From: a virus | DNA: 64,000 nucleotides | Reading direction: 5' to 3' (one strand) | Virus record (IMG/VR): IMGVR_UViG_3300035659_000003 | Location: 32,001-96,000 of that record | Part shown: piece after piece, positions 37,801 to 44,659 of the stretch | Layout of the letters: every line of letters starts with the position of its first letter | Numbering within the stretch: position 1 is the stretch's first letter | Notes under the pieces: generated by a model | What the model saw: the letters and a program-made list of their open reading frames with translations, nothing else | What the model was told of the DNA's origin: nothing | The model's database searches: none | Translations under genes and position numbers: made by a program

Positions 37801-40687
37801 GAGCCAGGGCGCGTCCTTGCGAACTTCTCCACCTTGAATCCGGCGGGCTCGAGGGCGGCCTTGACCTTATCAGCCCGTCCAGTCTCCAACTCAAACCCCT
37901 GCGCATGAGCTACCAGGCGACCGCCAACCTTGGCGGATCGGAGCAGGTTCTCTATCTCGCTCTTACGCGTCCAGACGTTCAGGTAGGCGGGCTTACCGCC
38001 GCCCTCCTGCGTCGGGTCGTGAGAGTGCTCTGGGTTCTCCTCGGTGTCGTGCTTCTCAACCTTCCGGCGGCACCGCGCGCAACCAGGAGCGATCGGCCCT
38101 ACATCCGCGCCAGTCATAGCGTCGGCAGGTGGGCCAGCGAAGTCCTTTCTCAAGCCCTCCGCGTGCTGCACTTCCCGCCTGAGAATCTCAAGGAATGCAG
38201 CCGCCCCGTCGCCTCCATAGACGGTCTCACTGATCCGCCGCCCCTTGTGGTCGGAGATGAACCAGGACAGCCCGCGTGCCGTCTTGCGCGCCAGCAGCGG
38301 ATAGGCTGTGCCGTTGATGGTCACCACTTCTTGAACGTGCGGAAGGATACGACGCAGTTGAGCCATATCTTCAGGAGACCAGTCCGACATCCCGAGACCC
38401 TTCTTGTTGCGGATCGCCCATGCCCAGCCCTCTGGCCGCTTGGCAACGTGAACCTCCTCCCGCCCCTCCTCTTTCAGGCGCTCCCGCCAGCGCTTGACGC
38501 GGTCGCGGGCCGCCTGCTTGCGTGCCTCCCGCCCCTTTGGGGTGGGCTCCGTCTTATCCACATCCAGCAAGCCCTTATGCTGCAGTTGACGCTGCGCCAT
38601 AGTCAGAGCATCAGCGAGCAGGTTATGCCGCGCCTTGTGCTTTTCAGTCGTGGAGCTGGCCTGCCACATATCGCTCCAGTTAATGAACGCCTGATTGGTA
38701 TGAGCCACCTCTTCGATTAGATCGTCTGGGATATCGGGGAAGGCTTGGCGGAGATATGCCGCGATGACCTCGACCCTGATGGCCCCATCGCGCTGATCAG
38801 GATTGAGAGTCTCTTTCCACTCCTTGATCTTCGCGTGAAGGGTATCTCGAGTATGCATCCCCCCCACAACGGTAAGTGCGGCCCATTCGATGTTTTCCAC
38901 CTCGTCGAAGTATGTCCCGACGACAGCCCGCGCCTTCGCGTCCAATGCGCTCCACCCAAACACATCCGTGAAGAGGCGCTCCGCCAGATCGGGCTGCAGC
39001 CATTCGGTGAGTGCTTCCTCGATCAGGGCGTTCGTGCCCCCGTATCCCCACCGGCCAATCGGGTTGACCGCATGACAAGTCTCATGTGCAATGGCCGGAA
39101 CCACGAACGTAGCACTCCAGTCTGTCGCGCCGCCCAGCACCGCCTCTAGGTGCCTGACTGCGCTGGGGCCGAGGATGAGCTTCCCGCTGTCATAGGCCGC
39201 ATAGGGGAGCGCTGTCGTAATCAGCTTGCCGCCGACCTTCGTACCTTCTACGCCCCACAGAACGGCCCAGCGACCCTCGTCGTACCCCTCCACGCTGTGA
39301 ACGTTGCAGCTCCAGCCGATGGCCTTAGCAGTCCTCAAGCACGACTTAACAGCTTCCGTTGCCTTCTCGCTGAGGTTCTCGACGTGGACGAGGTCTCCGC
39401 GTGCTTCAGCACGACGATGCTCCTCGCCACGTTCTCGCCAGACACGGTCGAGGTCTTCGGTTAGATAGTAACGCCCCCCGCGAGGGCCATCCTTGACATC
39501 AATGCCCTCTGGAGGCTCCTCGCCAGGCTTGAGGTAGACACGAGCTTTCTCGATCTTCTCGTCCGTCGCGCGCGCCTTGTGCCCAAGCATCTTGATATAG
39601 GCACGGGCCTCTTGCAGCGCGATCTCGCTCTTGATATAGGCGGCGAGTTTCAGAGCCTTAGTGAAGAGCTTCTTGGCGTCCGCTGCGCTGGCCAGCACCG
39701 CCACCTCGCGGATTCGCTCGACGATCAGCGCATCACGCAACAGGGAATCTGCCTTCTGGACGCGCGCCGTCCCCGCCTTGCCGCGCCCCTCGATCACAGG
39801 CAGCGCCTCCTCGTGGCTGAACCAGGATTCAGGTAGATCGGCTTCGCGCTCGGAAGGCTTACTGAAGCGGGGCTTAGGTAGCTCCGCGCCTGGAGCAATA
39901 ACGTTTGAGCGGTCGTGCTGCTTCTCCAATGGGGCTCCGAGGAACAGCTCCACCTCGTTGTGGTAGTCCTCTATATAGCGGTCGAGCCGCTCCTTGAACT
40001 CCTGCAGAACTCTGTGCGGTATGTGCATTAGAAGCTCACCGTTCCTACATATGAGTGCTGGGCCAGTTCGCTCTTCCACCCAACACGCTCGTGAAAACCG
40101 TCGATCACGTAAACGTCGGCCTGACGCGTGTCCGTGTTCAATATAATCCCGTAGGTTTTAGCCTTCAAGCGGATACCACGTTCTCGGCCTATTGCCATGA
40201 GCACCTGTTGCTTGCGCTCAATCGTGGCCTTCCCCTTCACACGGTTCCAGGCCGCCTTCTCCTCCGGTGCTGCGGCCTTCAACCACGCAGCCTCTGTAGG
40301 GCCTGGCTGCCCAATCGTCGCGCGCCAGTGCTGCGCCGATTCGCCGTTGGATACCAGCCCCGCCTTTACCTCCACAACGTGATGATCTGCCATAACGTCT
40401 ACGGGGAAGTTCTGTGCTTCCTCTACGCTCAAGCGCCGTGCGTCGCCAAAGCCCTGATCGAGCAAAAGCTGAAGTGCGATCTTCTCGCCAATCTCGCCGG
40501 TCTCAAGCTTGCTGGGCTTATGTGCCAGTGCGACGGGCTTGCCGCCGAAGACTCGCTCCTGTGGTTCTGGTTCGCCCGCGCTCGGGTCATGTACGCTCTC
40601 GTAGTAAAGTCCGCCGCGCGGCCCCTCTTGAACGTGAACACCCTGTGGCGGCTTCTCGCCTGGTTTGAGGTAAACCTTGAATTGCTT
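33958..40687 (-). repeat. dispersed coding repeat [VI]Y[LI]xxGExPPxGxxxx[ED]GPRGGxYY (4 copies in 3 genes)
   Basis: Copies near 33958-34041, 34705-34788, 39465-39548 and 40601-40687. Confidence 0.9.
34884..40028 (-). CDS. polyprotein with an internal HK97-type prohead protease and a zincin domain
   Basis: VVGGYASPQVIDKE..LLHSN..VGEV..LASFSISG..YEITIC..GVN (protease, about 36880-37370); AHETCH..IEEALTE (zincin); likely start at 40028 by TAATG coupling. Confidence 0.82.
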   Translation of the reverse strand: MHIPHRVLQEFKERLDRYIEDYHNEVELFLGAPLEKQHDRSNVIAPGAELPKPRFSKPSEREADLPESWFSHEEALPVIEGRGKAGTARVQKADSLLRDALIVERIREVAVLASAADAKKLFTKALKLAAYIKSEIALQEARAYIKMLGHKARATDEKIEKARVYLKPGEEPPEGIDVKDGPRGGRYYLTEDLDRVWRERGEEHRRAEARGDLVHVENLSEKATEAVKSCLRTAKAIGWSCNVHSVEGYDEGRWAVLWGVEGTKVGGKLITTALPYAAYDSGKLILGPSAVRHLEAVLGGATDWSATFVVPAIAHETCHAVNPIGRWGYGGTNALIEEALTEWLQPDLAERLFTDVFGWSALDAKARAVVGTYFDEVENIEWAALTVVGGMHTRDTLHAKIKEWKETLNPDQRDGAIRVEVIAAYLRQAFPDIPDDLIEEVAHTNQAFINWSDMWQASSTTEKHKARHNLLADALTMAQRQLQHKGLLDVDKTEPTPKGREARKQAARDRVKRWRERLKEEGREEVHVAKRPEGWAWAIRNKKGLGMSDWSPEDMAQLRRILPHVQEVVTINGTAYPLLARKTARGLSWFISDHKGRRISETVYGGDGAAAFLEILRREVQHAEGLRKDFAGPPADAMTGADVGPIAPGCARCRRKVEKHDTEENPEHSHDPTQEGGGKPAYLNVWTRKSEIENLLRSAKVGGRLVAHAQGFELETGRADKVKAALEPAGFKVEKFARTRPGSTAPAHMRAYGHVVKVIGVLITDPSDKIEKHEQRWHGEAFQKGFEAARYITRAESPHSGDKLHTDYTAKQGDTHSASAQDTSIVAPETGEGTEYQEYNAACKGGTCSLQAALSPDGEPYTPEVLTKAVPQGTRMAYGAVHTLYKAEDDEEKEYVVGGYASPQVIDKEHHLITKEAMREDLVRFLAEPKYRNAMLLHSNVQVGEVLPQWTHPKTGQVFKTTVDDIGLFCVIKIRTDPNRPPIVDQVIKDIEDGKLASFSISGDAPLESRHYTCQDGKCFWLISRIVFYEITICELGVNQDAKLVVLSKSADARRTSCLTCGGKVDKAETTLIDIAESKIHQSYTDAMDRLRALGHLTRKERIDLSDAITDALDAFRKKVESLGLATRKVPADDAALLAKGEVPERVKLVARIMEGLGELGDADLRLLADDRWPTLPDGDTDSAEELKEKVEAVAEAIGEEQAIQMLEDVQQADSLQVKAGGIGDSTPTSGAVTQDIGVTSKARPRRDKCMDCDKPPTKEVKWAEGMAIAWFCDACFTKWEKDNKDDIIWVHPVKGGKVSKHETEENPGHSHDPTQHRLVDAVPELADAVRNTKYPKQLEAMSDFLEQYARLARGQASDVDVDRLFGVAERVAEAAPRRLREWAVGTDDPAAESKADFWAEEFDEIVRQDLRRYRYADRRSQAIAIDTMISFGHQAEMFLPIMFGIYDDHDPAMRVAYAVMEYLAEVNKVWRFGLKKATDKTAPWETDEVQQQVAIYERYVKRGAQPNEAYDKMLEDAPSWFGTSAKEFGLFLVALHQSGLPIPQVRLRIAGEEQGERVPDPHWTAESLLDAWLEALSDYKSRLEEAPRGEVRLLAKHDTEENPAHSHDPTRGGGDVPAHDRFTVDRNPDMPAVWRDYSAADSPGKVGAVTRKWQKLDDAGQARISAGALFFLKDQRLEQLPRSTATRSTAAARADRIFTIRDSTGRGRARKRN

Positions 40688-41209
40688 GGCTACCGTTCCG
40701 CTGCCCCGTCGAACAATGATGCCCCATCGCGCGTCCTCCGTAACGTTGAAGCCCGCATCACGCAGGGCCTGCGTTGCCCGCGACAAAAGCCGCGCGTAGC
40801 GCTCGCCGTCGTAAACGGTCTGATGGAGCTGAAGCTTGTATTCGCCCTCCGCCCACTTCGTTACATACAGACCATCGCGCCGAGTTGCCTTACCAGGTTT
40901 CTGCCTAACTCGATACTTCTCCTGTGGATCGCGCTCGTATTTTGTTGACACAGGCAGCCCTGCCGCCTCCAACGCACTGTGCAGATTTCCACCTGTAGGC
41001 TTCGGCGCGGCCCTAGTGGGGTGGGGGGCCTGCGTCGGGTCGTGGGAGTGTTCGGGGTTCTCCTCGGTGTCGTGCTTCTTGACGCGACGCTTCCCCAAAG
41101 GACGATCTACGCCGCGCAGGGCGTAGGTGCTGCGGTCGGAATCTGTGCCGTAGTGCGCGAGCTTCTCCGCGCGCTTGGCAATCTCGCTTAGCGACAGTCG
41201 GCGGGCCAT
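40028..41209 (-). CDS. two-module protein with a C-terminal PD-(D/E)xK nuclease-like domain
   Basis: TGEIGEKIA...FPVDVM...VVEVKAG restriction-endonuclease-fold motif behind a GPRGG tag; first module behind a KHDTEENP tag. Confidence 0.7.
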   Translation of the reverse strand: MARRLSLSEIAKRAEKLAHYGTDSDRSTYALRGVDRPLGKRRVKKHDTEENPEHSHDPTQAPHPTRAAPKPTGGNLHSALEAAGLPVSTKYERDPQEKYRVRQKPGKATRRDGLYVTKWAEGEYKLQLHQTVYDGERYARLLSRATQALRDAGFNVTEDARWGIIVRRGSGTVAKQFKVYLKPGEKPPQGVHVQEGPRGGLYYESVHDPSAGEPEPQERVFGGKPVALAHKPSKLETGEIGEKIALQLLLDQGFGDARRLSVEEAQNFPVDVMADHHVVEVKAGLVSNGESAQHWRATIGQPGPTEAAWLKAAAPEEKAAWNRVKGKATIERKQQVLMAIGRERGIRLKAKTYGIILNTDTRQADVYVIDGFHERVGWKSELAQHSYVGTVSF

Positions 41210-41220
41210 GAGTCGGCCCC

Positions 41221-41919
41221 CTAGCAGCAGTGCTTACGTTCGAGACGCTTCTCGATGTGCTCTAGGTCTACGATGACGCCGCGCTTAAGTTGCTTCTCTA
41301 GTTTCTGAGCCACAGCGCGCAACCTTGTGCCGACCTCGTTAATGACGATCCGCTTTTCCTCGTAGGCCACAACGGGCTCCGCGTCGGGCCGTGCCGCTGC
41401 CTTCCGGATCGGGGCGAGGTCGATATCCTCACTCCCGCATCCAGGACAGGAACGTCGGCCTGCCGGAATCTTGCGCCCGCACTCCTGGCACCAGAACTGC
41501 TTGTCGATCTTTGCTTTGTCCATCTTGTTCTCCCGTGCGAGATGATTGTGGGCCGCCCGCAACCAGTCCAGCCCGCCTCGCCTGTCTTCCCTCATAAAGT
41601 TCGTCGCCGCTGCGTGCAGAAGTTGGCGGACTTCCTCCGACACCTTGCCACGCAAGTCATCCCGCCGCTGCAGAATCACGCCTGCCATTCGCTTCGGGCC
41701 TATAAGAGCCATGTGATCTTCTATCTCAGGCAGGGACAGCCCCTTCATGGGGTTCCGCGCCGCACGCGGCTTCGAGAAGGACTCAGAGGGTGACCGCAGC
41801 CCGTGCACGGCCTCGCCCGCGTGGGTGTGGTGCTTCCGCGCCTCCTCGTGGCAGTAGTCGTGACCGCCGTGACGGTGGTGACCAGGGGGACAAGGCTTAT
41901 CGACGAGGCGATCAGGCAT
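41221..41919 (-). CDS. modular head-cluster protein with His/Cys tag and zinc ribbon
   Basis: CPPGHHRHGGHDYCH; CQECG..CPGCG; RBS GGAG before MPDRLVDK. Confidence 0.65.
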   Translation of the reverse strand: MPDRLVDKPCPPGHHRHGGHDYCHEEARKHHTHAGEAVHGLRSPSESFSKPRAARNPMKGLSLPEIEDHMALIGPKRMAGVILQRRDDLRGKVSEEVRQLLHAAATNFMREDRRGGLDWLRAAHNHLARENKMDKAKIDKQFWCQECGRKIPAGRRSCPGCGSEDIDLAPIRKAAARPDAEPVVAYEEKRIVINEVGTRLRAVAQKLEKQLKRGVIVDLEHIEKRLERKHCC

Positions 41920-44653
41920 TCGCTCTCCCGCCACCTGGACGGTTCTGCCGCTCAGTACCCATTCCAGGTGTGCGCCACGCACGCTGTGCCTGTGCCCTGC
42001 GCCCAAGCTCGGCGTTGACAGCCTTCAGACGATCGATATACTCCTGATGTACGTCGGGGGCCAGTTGCCTGGCCCGATCGCCCTTCAGGTAGTTGACCAG
42101 CGCGTCGTAGTGACGCGAGAGCTTCTTATCGTCCATGCGCTGCACGTCTGCGTGGGCCTGATCGCCCGCCTCGGGCTTCGGCTTCACCTTGCTTGCCGCA
42201 CGCCGCAGGATGTCGACGACCACCTTGGTCTGCATTCTCTCCTGCGGAGAGTCATCCTTGCCCGCCATGATACGATCCTTGGCGTGCTGCTCTATCCGAG
42301 CGGCTGCTCCGGCAAGGCGCTTGTAGGCGTCCGCCGGATCGCGGGTATCCTTGAGCCCCTCCTTGAAGTGGGCCAGAACCCGCTCCAACCCGCCAACGCC
42401 CAGAGCGCGGGCCTGCACAACAGCCTCGTCTAGAACGCCGTGGGCGTCCTCCAAGGCACCGGCAGGCTTCATCATTGTCTCCCCTCGGTGCGCGCGCTTC
42501 ATGGGGTGGCAGTAGTCATAGGGCTCGTGCTTGTGCCATCCGGCGGGGCAACCGCCGACGGCCTTCTTGATCTCATCAATCGCCTTGTGCGCCTGCTGAT
42601 AGGTTTCGTGAGCGCGCGTCCCGTAGGGAGGAACCTCATGGGTGCGGCTGACTGCAGGAGGCACGTCGGGCCTCGGCTTACCTACGTGACGGTGACTCGC
42701 AGACGGGGGTTTTGGCTTCAGTGGCTCTAGGGACAGGCGCTTATCGATCTTCTCAACCTCTTCCGCGATCTTCTGGTAGAGGTGCTTCGGCCCCCACTCC
42801 TGGGGATACTCGTCAGGGTGCTGCTTATCCAAGTGCCGCCGCCTCTTCTCGCGCGCGTCGCGCCGCCGCTCAATGTCGCCGTGAATCTTGTCACGCTGGC
42901 TCTGCAGCCGCTGTGCCGTCCGCGCGCGATCGTGCGTCTCTGCCCTGCGTGCTGCGTAAGACTGTGCGCTGCCATACGGGGAATGAGAATGCTCTGGGTT
43001 CAAGTCACTCACATGCTTTTCCACACGGCTCAGGATTGTCTCGCAGTCGTCGTGAAGTGCGCCAGTCTCGTGCTTTTTCAAGGGATATGACGACCTCGGC
43101 CCAGACACAGACTGAGGGCCTGGCCCCAATATCGGGCGCTTCACGCCTTCCGCCTTCTCCTCGTGACTGTGGACGAACGTTCCGCCCTTGTGGTCATGTG
43201 CTACTCCGTGGTGGCGGTGCTCGCGGGCTGTCCGACCGAACTTGGTGATGGGCTCGTACTCGGCCCGCCCGCCGCGCTCAGGCTTCGGATCGAAGATGGC
43301 CGTGTGGAGCCTGCGATTGGCTTCTGCCTCCGACTCGGATTTGCGCGGGTCGTGAGAGTGACTAGGATTCTCCTCGGTCTCGTGCTTTGCCAGCCGCTGC
43401 CCGTGCGCCGTCCCGCGCTGCTGTCGTGGCTTGGTCTGGCCGTGGGGCTTGCGCGAAGGCTTGACGCCCTTGATCTTCGTGCTCCGCCGCGACTTCTTCT
43501 TATCCAAGTCGTGGTGCTCCTGTGCGTGCTCGGAGAGAATCTCCGCAACGGACTGAAGCGTCCTACCGATCATAGTAACGTCCGCGAGTTCGGGGGTAGC
43601 CTCATCTGTGCCGCCACCGTTCTTTTTCACCCGCTTCGGCACGAACTTAGCAGGGCCGACATCGGGGGAGTCAGGAGCAACTGTTCTCCCGAACGCCCTA
43701 TCCTTGCGCCGCGTCTCCCTGGCTGCGTCCGCTGGTGTCCAAGGATGTGATCTAATATTGGCGGCTCGCCAGGCCCCAGGGTCTGGGTGCGTCGGTCTAG
43801 CCTTCTTAACGGGCTGCGGCTTGGCCTGCGGCCCACGAGGGTGCCAGCCCCAGGCAGGCGCATCAGGGCCTAGCTCGTGCTTCTCGAGTGCCCTCAGCGT
43901 CCTTGTATCGTGCCACTCTGCCACACGCGCGACATAAGGACGGTTCTTCTTGTAGTAATCGAGAATCTGCTTCCGCGCGTCCTTCTCGTTCTTGGCCTTC
44001 ACATTCTTAGTCGACGTCTGCTGCTCTGGCCCCTTGACGGTATACTCCACGTAGCCAAAGTGCACGCGGTAGGTTTTGAGGTCGTCCTTCTTCTTCCCCT
44101 CCGCGCCGCCGCCCTCCTTTGTCGGGTCGTGAGAGTGCTCGGGATTCTCTTCAGTCTCGTGCTTCTTCATCGGCTTGTTACGCGGATTGAACCGTGAACC
44201 TGCCCACCCGCTCGGAGGCTTGCTCGTGTCACCAGGAGCCCTCCCTGCGTAGCGCTCTTCTGCAGAGGGCTTCTTAGGCAGCTCCCCACGCTTAGGATCA
44301 GCAGGGCTCGGAACAAAATGCTGCTTACCGACCCGCCCAGGCCCCCTAGCGAGCCCTGGGTGTGGCGCGGCCAACTGACGACGCGGTTGCGCGGGGGCAA
44401 CACCAGAAAAACCCTTGCCTTGATAGACCTTGGCCGGAATACCCTGCGGCTGTGGGTTCTGCACCGGCCCCTTCGGGACGGTCGGCTTCTTACCGAAGAG
44501 CTTGTTGATTTCAGTTATCCCCGCCCGAACCGCATCCAGAGCCTTATCCTCCACTTTATGTTTGATCGAGCCACAGTAGGCATCGGGATCGTCCTTGTCG
44601 CGGTTGCGCGATACGCAGTCATCGAAGTTGGTGTAACCGGCAAACGGCATCAC
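41912..44653 (-). CDS. basic, His/Pro-rich modular polyprotein
   Basis: 913 aa; N-terminal PFAGYTNFDDCV..DKDDPDAYC module; about 20 x-x-K|H/A/Q boundaries; three His tags. Confidence 0.7.
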   Translation of the reverse strand: MMPFAGYTNFDDCVSRNRDKDDPDAYCGSIKHKVEDKALDAVRAGITEINKLFGKKPTVPKGPVQNPQPQGIPAKVYQGKGFSGVAPAQPRRQLAAPHPGLARGPGRVGKQHFVPSPADPKRGELPKKPSAEERYAGRAPGDTSKPPSGWAGSRFNPRNKPMKKHETEENPEHSHDPTKEGGGAEGKKKDDLKTYRVHFGYVEYTVKGPEQQTSTKNVKAKNEKDARKQILDYYKKNRPYVARVAEWHDTRTLRALEKHELGPDAPAWGWHPRGPQAKPQPVKKARPTHPDPGAWRAANIRSHPWTPADAARETRRKDRAFGRTVAPDSPDVGPAKFVPKRVKKNGGGTDEATPELADVTMIGRTLQSVAEILSEHAQEHHDLDKKKSRRSTKIKGVKPSRKPHGQTKPRQQRGTAHGQRLAKHETEENPSHSHDPRKSESEAEANRRLHTAIFDPKPERGGRAEYEPITKFGRTAREHRHHGVAHDHKGGTFVHSHEEKAEGVKRPILGPGPQSVSGPRSSYPLKKHETGALHDDCETILSRVEKHVSDLNPEHSHSPYGSAQSYAARRAETHDRARTAQRLQSQRDKIHGDIERRRDAREKRRRHLDKQHPDEYPQEWGPKHLYQKIAEEVEKIDKRLSLEPLKPKPPSASHRHVGKPRPDVPPAVSRTHEVPPYGTRAHETYQQAHKAIDEIKKAVGGCPAGWHKHEPYDYCHPMKRAHRGETMMKPAGALEDAHGVLDEAVVQARALGVGGLERVLAHFKEGLKDTRDPADAYKRLAGAAARIEQHAKDRIMAGKDDSPQERMQTKVVVDILRRAASKVKPKPEAGDQAHADVQRMDDKKLSRHYDALVNYLKGDRARQLAPDVHQEYIDRLKAVNAELGRRAQAQRAWRTPGMGTERQNRPGGGRANA

Positions 44654-44659
44654 TAGCTC

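Noticed and set aside
34884-40028. Inteins explaining the large protease and MuF proteins
   Set aside because: No intein N-terminal block with a matching HN|C/S/T end or embedded LAGLIDADG motif was seen.
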